A stretch of DNA of 62,229 nt, the filler included, from Fonticula-like sp. SCN 57-25 (Eukaryota), in NCBI GenBank assembly GCA_001724245.1. It is 3 parts of 3 records of this genome, joined end to end, with 100 filler letters (N's around TTAATTAATTAA, not from the genome) between each part and the next. Parts side by side here need not be neighbours in the genome. Positions count along the whole stretch, not along the records: positions 1 to 20,421 come from MEDX01000090.1; 2 more parts are not named here. One strand, 5' to 3'. Below the pieces are notes generated by a model that saw only the letters and a program-made list of their open reading frames with translations, was not told the origin of the DNA and ran no database searches. Positions 1 to 11,477 of the stretch are shown here, piece by piece; position 1 is the stretch's first letter; each line of letters starts with the position of its first letter. A program made the translations under genes and the position numbers.

Positions 1-821
1 GTCGTAGAGCTCTATCAATGTCTTCATTGCACCGCTAAGCATCTGGTTGTTTTGCGCATTGTTGAACGCAATGGTGCGCTCGGCGACTTGATCCTGGGTA
101 ATGCGCTGGATTTCCACCATGTAGCTCAGGTAGTTTGGGTCCGATTCGCAGAGCAGATGGCCGGCCATGATTAGCATGCGCGCGATACGCTCGTGGATCG
201 CGATCGAGAGCTCATCGCGAATGTGCTGCACGGTAAGGTCATTCATGACAGCACGGGAGCGATCGCGAACAAACGCATACTTGTCCGCAAAAGTAACGGG
301 AAAGTGCGTCCAGCCCAGAATATCCTCTACAAGGTAATCCATGGTACGCCGCAGGGCTTCGGGGGTTCGTGTCTCCTCGGGTAGATGCACCTTGCCGGCC
401 TCGGACCGCTCAAACGTCTTGACTGCTCGCCGGTGGCTGATGCGAACATCGCTGCCGGTATCAACGCGCTAACAGTATGTTTAAGTAACGAAAGGCATGC
501 AATTACAGCAAGCGTACGCGCTCAAAAATGCTGATGGCACTGGCTCCGCGAAAGTCGCGCGCATGGCGCTCAAACAGCGGGCACATGTCGTGGCAAGTGC
601 CAGTTATAAGACCCACATGGTTCCTAAACTCCTCCATACGCGCGTCATGGTCGCTCTCCATCTAAAAGTCGCCGTCGTGCTTCAGTATCGTCTCTTGCGA
701 CACTATCGAGGCGGCAGCGTACCTCGGAGAAGCGGTTGGTCTCGACCGGCCCTTCGTCCTCGAAAGGCACGGCCAAGTTCCCGCCCATGGGGCCTTGATC
801 AAAATGTTCTATATCGCCCAT
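1..821 (-). CDS. SAC3/GANP-family protein, 5' part (runs off window edge), multi-exon
   Basis: Hand-spliced minus strand gives GTCHDMCPLFERHAR..ISIFE, AVKTFERSEAG..RTPEALRRTMDYL and YAFVRDRSRAVMNDLTVQ..HERIAR, which match SAC3/GANP domain motifs. ATG at 821. Confidence 0.85.
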
Positions 822-961
822 TTCGCCGCCCTTAATATATGTGCCCTCCTGGCAAAGAGCGAGTGCTCTCGCAGGCAAGGACGCGCGCCCAACGGACAGA
901 CCAGCCGCCCTGCTGATGCGCAGCTCCTGGCAAACTGCAAACTGCGCAAGATTTTAGTTTG

Positions 962-981
962 TGACGTCACGCGTGACGTCA
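962..981. promoter_or_regulatory. Paired CRE/ATF sites forming the perfect 20-bp palindrome TGACGTCACGCGTGACGTCA in the SAC3/NDUFS2 divergent promoter
   Basis: Read directly: TGACGTCA at 962-969 and 974-981, between ATGs at 821 (-) and 1015 (+). Confidence 0.6.
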
Positions 982-1014
982 TATATCACTTTTCGTGGAC
1001 GGGTGCCTCGCGAG

Positions 1015-2848
1015 ATGGCGGCTGGTGCTCTGCGTGCGGGCTTCCGCCTGCCTGCCACGGTACGGCCTTTCGCCTCTTTTTTCTTGCTGTGGGTGTCTGT
1101 TTGCAGATAATGTGTAGTTGTAGTTTCTGTATTAGTTTGGCAACGATTCATTTTATTTGCGCCATGTTCTGACGGGCATGACCTTTTTCTTCTTCCTTTA
1201 GGTGGCTCGTGCTTCGTTGGCGCGGTCGGCGGCTCGCTCTCTGTCGACGACGCCGGTGCGTTTTGCTACTGCGACGCACCAGGATTATGCGAGCCAGCTC
1301 TCGACGACTCTTGTTGAGGATGCTCCGGTTGGAGGTGCGCATCGAGGCTTTTTTTTCCCTTTCCTGCTCACCGTTGTCCTTGCTTTTACTTTTAGATGTG
1401 CCCGAGGGTGATGAGCACATCAAGAGCTTCACCGTAAACTTTGGCCCCCAGCACCCTGCGGCTCACGGTGTGCTTCGCCTGATTCTCGAGCTCAACGGTG
1501 AGGTGGTCATGCGCGCCGATCCTCACGTTGGTCTGCTGCACCGCGGTACTGAGAAGCTTGTACGCAACACTTTTGACTCTTGGCCACCGTCTTGCTCACC
1601 TTTTGTTTTCTAGATCGAGTACAAGACGTACACGCAGGCTCTCCCGTACTTTGACCGTCTCGACTACGTTTCTATGATGTGCAACGAGCAGTGCTATTCG
1701 CTCGCCGTCGAGAAGCTGCTCGGCATCGAGGTCCCGCTCCGCGCCAAGTACATCCGCACCATGTTTGGCGGTACGCCACTTGTTTTACTATTATGTGCCG
1801 ACTTTCTCACTGTTTCTATTTAGAAATCACCCGCATTCTCAATCACCTGATGGCCATTTGCTCGCACGTCATGGACGTTGGTGCCCTCACCCCCCTCCTC
1901 TGGCTCTTTGAGGAGCGTGAGAAGCTCATGGAGTTTTACGAGCGTGTCTCGGGCGCTCGCTTCCACACCGCCTACGTCCGCCCGGGCGGTGTCGCGCTCG
2001 ACCTGCCCATCGGCCTGCTGAACGACATCAACGCGTTCTGCACACAGTTCGCGTCTCGCCTCGACGAGGTCGAGGAGCTCGTCACCGGCAACCGCATCTG
2101 GAAGATTGTACGAGACAATGCGGATTTTGTAGCGCTTTTTGGCTCATTTTCTCTTTTCTTTAGCGTACCGTCGACATTGGCATTGTGTCCGCCGAGGAGG
2201 CCATCAACTGGGGCTTCTCTGGCCCGATGCTCCGCGGCTCTGGCGTCGCCTGGGACTTGCGCAAGTCGCAGCCCTACGATGGTGCGGCTCTCTCCTGGCC
2301 ACGCCTTGCCGTTGCTGACGCTTTCTTTTGCAGCGTACGACCTTGTGGACTTTGACATCCCCGTCGGTGTGCATGGCGATTGCTACGACCGCTACAACGT
2401 CCGTATGCAGGAGATGCGCCAATCGCTCCGCATCATCCACCAGTGCATCAACCAGGTACGCCCTTGAAAGTTTGTCTATGAGCGCTTTCTCACACTTTTG
2501 CCGCAGATGCCCGAGGGGCCCGTCAAGGTCGACGACAACAAGATTGTGCCGCCGTCGCGCGGTGACATGAAGACGTCGATGGAGTCGCTCATTCACCACT
2601 TTAAGCTTTTTACCGAGGGCTACACTGTGCCGCCGGGCGAGACCTACTCGGCCGTTGAGGCCCCCAAGGGCGAGATGGGCGTCTACCTCGTGTCGGACGG
2701 CACCAACCGCCCCTACCGCTGCCACATTCGCGCGCCGGGCTTCCCTCACCTTGCCGCCGTCGACCGCCTCGCTCGCGGACACATGATCGCCGACGTCGTC
2801 ACCATTATCGGCACCTGCGATATTGTGTTTGGTGAGATTGACCGCTAA
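1015..2848 (+). CDS. NDUFS2: NADH:ubiquinone oxidoreductase 49-kDa subunit (nuclear-encoded Nad7) with mitochondrial presequence, multi-exon
   Basis: Contains [44 protein letters not shown] and ends DIVFGEIDR*. Arg/Ala/Ser-rich N-terminus [24 protein letters not shown]. Confidence 0.97.
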
Positions 2849-3091
2849 GTCGCGGAAAAGGCCGAGCGAACGGGAGGCATCGCGTCATCGTCGCTGCTAT
2901 ACACAAAATTTACCAGATAATACACTACTCTTTTTTCTTTTCTCTTTTGTAATCTCCTGATTCTTCAATGGAACATTTCTTTAAAAACGCTCTTATTGAC
3001 TGAAATTACACTGCAAGTTGAGGCGCTGGACAGGATCGATCGACCGCATAAAAAGTTGTTGGGTTTTCTTCGATTATCTACGAGTCATCAT

Positions 3092-4246
3092 CTACATAAT
3101 GGTGCACTTTTCGGGATCCCCCATGTCCGGGAGCCCCCCGGGGATCTTTGGGAAGCCGTCGGGCCCCATCTCCATCCCCGGCGCGATCTGCTGGAGGATC
3201 TCTGGCGGCACCTGCCCCGACTCCTGCATCTCCTGCATGAGGTCCATGACGCGCTTGAGCGCCGGGCCGGTCGCATTGGATTCGTAAATGGTGATGATCT
3301 CGGACGTGATCTGGTGCTGCCTCTTGTATTGCGCAAACTGCTCGACGCTGTAGCGGCTCTCATTGGCGCTCAGCCACTCGGGGTACTGCAAAGGGATGCG
3401 GCATGTGAGCAGACCGAAAGCGGCCGGAAATGCGCACCTTGTCGTTGAGCTCCTTCATGGGCTCGTAGAGAATGTCTTTCGAGACGAGCTGGAGCATCAT
3501 CGTCTCCATCATGGAGTCCATGCCTTCGCCGCCAGCACCGCCCTCGAGCATCTTCATAAAGTCCATGCCTTCAGCAGGCGCAGCAGCAGCAGACTAAAGC
3601 GTCGCAAAGACAGAAAAGTAAGAATATAATTAACCATAATGTAACAGAAACACGGCAAAAAACTATAGTCAAAAAGCGCACCTGTTCCTTGCTCTGCTCC
3701 AGCTGCTGGACCGATCCGGCGATGGCATCCTGGAACGACCCGGCGGGCGCCGCGCTCTTCCCGGCTGCCCCGGTCTTCTTCTCCTGCACCTCGGGCTTCT
3801 TTGCGGCAGCACCGGCGCTCTTGCCCGCCGATGCCTGCCCCGCAAAGAGATCCTCAAGCCCCGTCCCACCCATCTCGCGCGTCATCTGCTCGAGCATGGC
3901 GGCCAACTCGGGGTTCTGCGAAAAGGAACGCATCGTCTCTTCCATCTGCTTCATCACGTCACCAGAAAGAGCGTCCTCGAAAGAGCTCATAAAGTTTTCC
4001 ATGCCAGGAATACCGTCCTCCATGAGGCGTTCAACATCGTACTCGTCGTCAAAGTTGATGAGCTTGGGGACGCCAGAAGAGGGGGCAGGCTCCGCAGCCT
4101 TGGCAGCCTTGGCAGACTCCTCCTTCGTCTTGTCGAAATCATTAAGCGCATCTAAATAACGTCTATAAGCATAATATACAGCGAAAGAGAAGGAGAGGCG
4201 CACTGTCGAGGAGGTCATCCAGCTCGCTGTCGCTCACGTCGCCCAT
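3092..4246 (-). CDS. PEX19: Peroxisomal membrane protein import receptor PEX19, multi-exon
   Basis: N-terminal [50 protein letters not shown]-terminal CaaX box CTIM*. Confidence 0.95.
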
Positions 4247-4284
4247 TTTGGCCCCACAGCAGCAGTGCGATTCAATCTGACCGG

Positions 4285-4306
4285 TCACGTGATGTGAATC
4301 ACGTGA
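4285..4306. promoter_or_regulatory. Two TCACGTGA E-boxes in the ~100-bp divergent promoter of PEX19 and the next gene
   Basis: TCACGTGA at 4285-4292 and 4299-4306. The same octamer lies upstream of other genes at 26546, 50563, 52340 and 62101. Confidence 0.55.
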
Positions 4307-4349
4307 ATTTGAAGGAGTCAGCATTTCGTCCAACGCGCGTGGCTCACCA

Positions 4350-5221
4350 ATGTTCAAGCACATTACGCGGCAGCTGGAGCGCCAAAAGGCGGGGAATTTC
4401 AAGGCCGATCGTGACGACGAGCTGTCTTCCGACTCGGAATCTGATTATGACGACGAGGATGAGAAGCAGGTGACGGCGCGGCCTACAGCAAACCTGAAGC
4501 GGAGATTGCCGCCCGTCTCGCACGACTCGGACGATGACGACAATGATGAGGACGATGAGGACGACAGCGATGACGATAGCGACGACGACGAAGATGGAAT
4601 GGATGGCGAGGAGGAAGATGACGGCGTGAGCGGGGAGGAGGAGGAAGGAGAAGAGGAGGAAGCGTACGATTATCAGCTTGTATGTTTCGAAATCTGACAC
4701 CTGCGATCAGCTCGGTGGTCAAGCGTTTCGAGTGCAGTCTGTGTCCCGAAAAGGTCCTGCTTAACGAAAAGGCCGTTGAGGATCACCTGAACAGCGCAGT
4801 ACGTCTCTCCTTCCCTCGCTCTTTTGTCGTTGCTGAGCCCGATCCAGGGACACAAGAAGCGCGCCGCCAGCCAAGCGCAGTCGACGCGGGCCGAGAAGCG
4901 CCGCCCTCGGCGGGAAAAGCGGAAAGCACTCAAAGCGGCAAAGGTTTGTATTTTGCTTTATATTTGAATATTGTTCTTATTTTGTCTTTGCAGGCTGCGT
5001 TGAACCCGAAGGAGGATAAGCCGGCGCCAACTGAGCCCGCCAAGGCGGCAGAGTCAAAGGCATCAAAGGAATCGAAGGCTGCCAAGGAGACAAAGGTCGC
5101 CAAGGAGACAAAGGTCGAAAAGACAACAAAGGAGGCCAAGAAGGCGGCGGCTGAGCCTGCTGCCGCAAAGCCGAAGGCGGACGACGGCAAGGCAAAGAAC
5201 AAGAAGCAGAAGAAGGTGTAA
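4350..5221 (+). CDS. Uncharacterised acidic/basic protein with one C2H2 (matrin-like) zinc finger, probably nuclear/nucleolar, multi-exon
   Basis: Long D/E tract, then CSLCPEKVLLNEKAVEDHLNSA|GH, then a Lys/Ala-rich tail. Introns carry GTACG/GTTTG donors. Confidence 0.65.
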
Positions 5222-5602
5222 ATAATAAACTGTTGTATTGTTTTTATGATTTATTCCTGGTTCTATGCCGTTTGATACTGTATGCATGTCCTGCAAACTG
5301 CACCGGTCCCTACAGGCTTGTTTATAGGGGTAAAACCCTTGCCCGCCTGCCCCCTTATCAGGATCAGACAAATCAGAAGAATAAGACAAATCAGTTGTTC
5401 GAGTCGAGTCGTCAGCCGCATCGTGGGCGGGAGATCGTCGTCGCGGATTTTTGGAGCAGCTTTTGTAGGCCAAGCAAGTAGGTGAGTGTCTCTATCATCT
5501 CCGTACTTGTTTTCCACAGTTTGCTCTTTTTCTCTATCTGTCTTCAAGGCATCCCCATTCATTTTCCCTGTTCTTTGTTGGCTAGCACTTCAAAAAGAGC
5601 GA

Positions 5603-7594
5603 ATGGCCCAGTCAGCAGAGCCAGATTTCCAGGCCCTCTTGGAGGCGCCGTTTGCTGAGAAGAAGACGGCCAAGGTGCGCTTTCTTTATCTTTTCTTTTT
5701 AAATATCCATATTAAACTTGCCTTTTCTTTTAACCAGGACGGGGTCACTACCGGTACGAGTAGCGCGGGCGAGGGCGAAAGTGAAGGTCTGAAGGATCTT
5801 AAGGAAAAGGATGACCGCAGCGACCGCAACCGTGACAGGAGCCGCGACCGCCGGCGCAGCCGCAGTCGCGACCGTCGCCGCAGCCGCAGCCGTAGTCGCG
5901 ATCGTCGTCGTAGCCGCAGCCGCGATCGCGATCGTCGCCGCCGCAGCCGAAGCCGCGAATACCGCCGCCGAAGCCGCAGCCGCAGCCGCAGCCGCCGGGA
6001 TCGCAGCCGGGACCGCCGCCGCGAGAACGAGCGCTGGAGCAGGGGACCGTACGCTTTTTTGGCCATTTTGGCGAGTCTAACCGTTTCTTTTTTCCACTCT
6101 TTGATAGTCGCCGCGGCCGGTCGCCTTCGCCTACGCCGAACGAGGACCCGGAACGCGAAGCTGTACGCCTTCCTATTCCACACTTTTATACTTTTTTGCT
6201 GACGCATTTTCCTGCTCAATAGCGCACTGTTCTGTGCGCGCAATTGGCACAGAGACTAACGTCTGCAGAGTTGAAGGAATTTTTTGAAAAGGGAGCCGGC
6301 AAGGTGAACGAGGCGCGCATTGTTTCTGACCGCAACTCGCGGCGGTCCAAGGGCGTACGCCATAAACCCTTTATTATATTATATGCTGATATTTTTTGTT
6401 ATTTAGATTGCGTACGTTGAATTTGCTAGTACAGATAGCGTGCCCGCGGCCATCTCGATGAGCGGCCAGCGCCTCTTGGGCGTCCCCATGATCATCACGC
6501 CGTCCATGTCGGAGCGCAACCGCCTCGCCGCCGCTGCCGCTCAGGCCAAGGAGGCGCAGAAGGGCGGGGGGCAGAGCCGCGTGTTCGTGGCCGGTCTCCA
6601 TCCGTCGCTCGGCATGGAGGAGATCCGCCAGGTTCGTTTATCGCTTTCGTTTTCTTGTTCTCACACCCTCGTCTCTCCATCCAGCTCTTTGAGCCCTTTG
6701 GTCAGGTCGACGATGTGCAGCTCCACATTGACCTCGAGACGGGCAAGTCAAAGGGTTTCGGTGCGTTTTCCTGCTTATTTCTTGCTTTTTTCTAGTTACT
6801 TTATGTTATAAATGCCGTTTTACTGACACTTTCCTCAGCGTTTGTTGTTTTCCGCCGCGCCCCCGACGCGCGCATGGCCGCGGAGCGCCTCAACAACTTT
6901 GACATTGGCGGGCACGCAATTCGTGTTGGTTTGACGGATGACAACCAGTCTGCAGGTAATGCCGGCGGCCGCACTGGCGGCGGGTCGGGCGGCTTTGGCG
7001 CGCCCATGTCGTCCTCGAACGGCTCGCTGGACGACGACGCGGGCATCCGCCTCAACTCTGTGACGCGCGCGCAGCTCATGGCCAACCTCAACCGCGACGG
7101 AGGTGCGTCTCATACTGCCTACTCTTTTTCATGTTGCACCGGGTCTGACATTGGTGCTTTAATAGAGCTTGCGTCGTACACTTCGACGGTTCGACCCGTC
7201 GCGACGGCTGCGCCCGATGTTGCCGCTGTGCGTACTCAGAGCAGAGTTGCAGGTTCGCCGTCCGAGTACGTCCTTCTCAAGAACATGTTTGACCCCGCCG
7301 CGGAGGAGGGCGACAGCTGGGACGCCGACCTGCGCGACGACGTCGTAGATGAAATGAAGAAGCACGGCCGCGTGTTGCACGCCAGTGTCGACCGGTATAG
7401 CCAGGTACGCTCTCCTGCATTTGCTGACATGAAGTGCTGACGAGGAATAGGGGCATATCTATCTTCACATGGAGACGGTGGCGGCGGCGACAGCGCTGAC
7501 GAATGCGAATCACGGGCGCTGGTTTGGAGGCCGCCAGATCTCGGCAGAGTTTATCGACGAGGGGGCGTACACGGCGCGCTTTGGTCGCACTTGA
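5603..7594 (+). CDS. RBM39: RBM39/RBM23 (CAPER) splicing factor: RS domain, two RRMs and a UHM, multi-exon
   Basis: RS repeats; DRNSRRSKG|IAYVEF; SGQRLLGVPMI; ETGKSKGF; VLLKNMFDP; ends GRWFGGRQISAEF..RT*. Confidence 0.92.
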
Positions 7595-7806
7595 ACAAGA
7601 TGCGATCGCATGTAGTTTTTGTTCCGTTAAAATTGTGCTTTATCGTTTCTTTTTGCAGTTATTCAAGAGCTTTGCAATGGAAATAATGAATATAATATAA
7701 ATATTTTTGTCAGTTGTCCGCAGAGTGATCACCGGTTTGGGAATGGGCATTGTCAGCAAGCAGTCATTCGATCACGTGCCCGGTAAGCAGAGTGGTGATC
7801 GAGGCA

Positions 7807-8907
7807 ATGTCGCGCATGCAGATCGGCTCCCTCTTTAATGTCGCTGGCAAGGTGGCGCTCGTGACCGGCGGTAGCAGCGGCATTGGGCTGAGTGCGCGCG
7901 CTGGCCCTTGCATTTGAATGAAAAGTAGTGCTCATATGCATGCCGAATCAGTGATTGCGAGGGCGCTTGTCAACAATGGCGCCAAGGTGTACATTTCGTC
8001 GCGCAAGAAGGATGTGTGCGATAAGGGTACGCAAGAGGCGTGGCTGTGCGTTTATAGCTATTGAGTGCTTACCTTTGCAATGGCGCAGTGGCCGCCGAGC
8101 TGACAAAGGAAGGCCCCGGCAAGTGCATCAGGTGCGCTCCCAAATATTGAAACCAAAACATTGACCTTGCGTCTCCAGCATGCCCGCCAACCTTGTGTCG
8201 GATGAAGACTGCAAGCAGCTTGCCGCCAAGCTCGCTGCCCTCGAGCCCAAGCTCCACATTCTCTTCAACAACGCCGGCGCCACATGGGGCAGCAACTCTT
8301 ACGAGGAGCATCCCGAGTCCGCCTGGAACAAGATCTTTAGCCTCAATGTCTTTTCGCCGTTCCACCTGACCCGCGCGCTGCTCCCCCAGCTCGAAGCGGC
8401 CGCCACGGACGACGACTGGGCGCGCGTCATCAACATTGGCAGCGTTGCCGGCCTCACCACGTCGCGCTTTGACAACGCGCCCGCGTACGCCGCTTCAAAG
8501 TCGTCCGTGATCCACCTTTCCCGCCACCAGGCGATCCAGCTCGCCGAGCGCAGTACGCACAGCGCGCTCTTTTTTATACACACTTTTTTATGCAATTTTC
8601 TCATAAGAGCCGTATTTGCTATAGAAATCAGCGTCAACTGCATTGCGCCGGGCGTGTTCCCGAGCAGGATGGCGACCTTCCTCACTGATGAGGTCCGTAG
8701 CGAAGCGACGCTCAGCACGATCCCCATGGGTACGAGCCGGCTTTTCTCTTGAACATTAATTGAGCTAACGCTTCACAAAAAGGGCGCTTTGGCAACGAGA
8801 CGGACATGGCCGGCATCGCGCTGTTCCTCTGCTCCAAGGCGTCGGGATTCATGACGGGCGCCGTCATCCCGTACGACGGCGGGTACTCGGCCACATCCAA
8901 GCTCTGA
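7807..8907 (+). CDS. Short-chain dehydrogenase/reductase (RhlG-like) with PTS1, peroxisomal, multi-exon
   Basis: TGGSSGIG nucleotide-binding motif, NNAG, YAASK catalytic motif, VNCIAPG; C-terminus SKL*. Confidence 0.9.
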
Positions 8908-8961
8908 GGGCTATATTGAAATTATACAAAGTAATGTACAGAAATAGGGAAATTGTTGCGC

Positions 8962-11282
8962 TCATCTTGTACAGAGGGAGCAGAACCACGAGCCTTCGGG
9001 CACCTGCTCGACCGGCGGGTCCGCACACTGCTTGTGGAAACCGCGATCGCAGCCATCGCACAGCAAAATGTCCTCCTAAAAGCATAGTCAGCAAAGAGCA
9101 ACAAGAGTCCGTTCAATGGCGCACCGCATTGTGCCCGCCGCTGCAGCCAGTGCACATTGCGCAGTTGCTGCACTTCCAATCGTAGGCGGTCGCGCGCGCG
9201 ACATGGGCTTCGTCCCACTCGAGGCACGCATAGTCGTCTATCGCACGGTGAGCGAGAAGGCAAACATTAATATACAAAATCGTACATGCTTTGAGGCACT
9301 TTGCACAAGAGATATGCGCCTCTGCTGTCGCCGCTTTCAAGCACACCTGGCACGTCTTCTTGCGACCGCGCTTGGCGGGGGACCGCAGCGGCGTCGCGCT
9401 CACCGGCGCATCCGCAAGAGGCAGCTGCGGCGGCGCCTCCACCTCTGGTGCAGCCTGCTTCTTCCTCGGCCGCTTTGGGCTCGGCGCCTCGGCTGGCGCT
9501 GCTGACGCTTTTGTCTTTGCCGATGACCGACGCGGCGCCTTTTCCGAGGTAGACGCCTTCTCCGAAGCAGACGCCTTTTCCGTCGCCTTTACCGACGCTG
9601 GCGCCTTTCCCGATGACCGACGCGGTGTCTTCTCCGACGCCTTTTCCGACGCCTTTTCCGACGCCTTTTCCGATGTCGGGGTCTTTTCCACCAGAGGCGC
9701 GGCGGCCTTTTGGCGACCTCCCCGTGCCGTCTTGCGCGCCTCTTTTTGATCGGCCGCGCTGCTTGACCCCTGGCGCGACTGTGCGCCCGCGGGCGACGGC
9801 GTCCGCGCCATGGCGGCCGCCAGGGCAAGCAGCGGCCGATTGCGCGTGGCGGACGCGGTCGCAGTCGTGGGCGTCACGATGAGCGACAGCGACGGGCGGC
9901 GCGCTGCGGGGCGTGAGCGGACCAATCAGACAAGAGAAAGAAAATGCGTACGCATGCCGGGGAGCATGGGCATTTGCCGAATGCGGTCGAGCTCGTCGTC
10001 CCAGTCCTCCTGCGTGCCGGCCGGCGGCGGGACGAGCGGCGACGATGGGATCGAGGCGACCGGCGTGCTCGGCATCGGTGTCGCCGGCGCCACGGGGGTG
10101 CGCACAGGAACGGGCGTTCCAGGCTTATCGGCGGCGGCGGCGGCGGCGGAGTAAGGCGCGCGGTTGATGGCAGGCGGGATCGTGCGGCGCGTAATGTCGG
10201 CAACGCGCGCGACGCTCTGCTGCTCATACTGGCGAACTCGGGACAAAAGGTCTTCCACCTGAGGAAGCATATTGCCGAGGCGGACAGTCGGCTCGCCCTA
10301 TTTCACATAAAATATGAGCATCCACCAAATAAGACGGCAGAGAAAACACGCACATTGGTGGCAGCCGCAATCATTTCCAGGCGGGCCTGATTGTACGCGG
10401 CGAGTTCAGACTCGAGCGAGGTGAGCGACGTAAGGTCAGCCAAATTGCCCTGAAATAGATAGTGAGCAGCAATGAAAGAAGCAAAGAAAACCCTCATACC
10501 AGTGTGGCGCTCGTGGCGAATTTTTCCGACTGGGCGAGACGAATCTCGAGGCCGAGCTTGTTGGCTGGGCTCGGATCGGGCCTCGTACCTAGCATGTGAA
10601 GATGCGATCCGCGTGAAAGTTCGTGCGGTGCCACAGCAGTATGGTAATAAGCGTTCATCTATACGTTCAGTAAGCACTTTTGAGCAGTATGGGGCAGTTG
10701 CGCACCGCACGAAGCGCCTGCGCAGCAGCCCGCGCATGGTCCATGCCGCCCCGACCCGCTTCCTCCTCAAAAAGCAGCAGTTCCTCAAATAGTTCTATGG
10801 CACAGTGAGCATGCTCGTCATCCTTGAAATAGGCTACTGTACCTAAATTGATAGGGATATGCACCCTTATAAGCGACTTTGGCTGCGTCGCGAAAACCAT
10901 GTACAATGCGAAAATTGCGCCTGCCCTCGCGCGTAGCAATCGGCCGACCCAAAAGATATCTAGCACCACTCAGCATTGGCAAGTCCGCTTGAAACAGGGA
11001 CACGTACCTAGTATACAACCATACAGCTCGTGCATATAGTCTGTGCGGTCGCTCCTGTCGATGCAGGCGGTGTGGAGGAGCGAAAAGTCGAGCTCATGCC
11101 ATTTCGCCCGAAAATCGTCAAACGTGCCCGATGTCTACCAAGTTTCATCAGCCTATTTCATGACATGCGCTCGTCGTGCGTACCTTCAGATACGCCCCTA
11201 CTAACGAAGAGACGTCAGCAGCGAGCGCCGCACGCAGGCTCGTGACGCCCGGCGGTGGATGAGATGGCGGCGGCGGCGGCAT
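8962..11282 (-). CDS. SNAPC1: SNAPC1 (SNAP43)-like N-terminal domain fused to a C-terminal double PHD finger, multi-exon
   Basis: N-terminus [58 protein letters not shown] resembles SNAPC1. C-terminus [37 protein letters not shown] is DPF-type. Intron phases that I checked are compatible. Confidence 0.72.
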
Positions 11283-11477
11283 CCCTGGTCAATCTGGACC
11301 TGAATCGGGTGCGCGTTCCCGCCAAAATTTCGTGATTGTCAACGGCAAAACCGCCACTGACGTTGTGGTCTTCAACAGCAAAACAAATATGAAAAGGTGT
11401 AGTATAAAGTGTATATTTAAGGAGTCGAACAAACGAGGCATCTGAAAGAAAATATTGCCGCCAACGTTGTGTTCAGA

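Noticed and set aside
5811-6030. CGCAGC-type tandem repeats; also repeats at about 9500-9680, 25500-25680 and 54655-54730
   Set aside because: These encode RS, acidic or short peptide repeats. There is no repeat-spacer structure, so they are not CRISPR or mobile elements.
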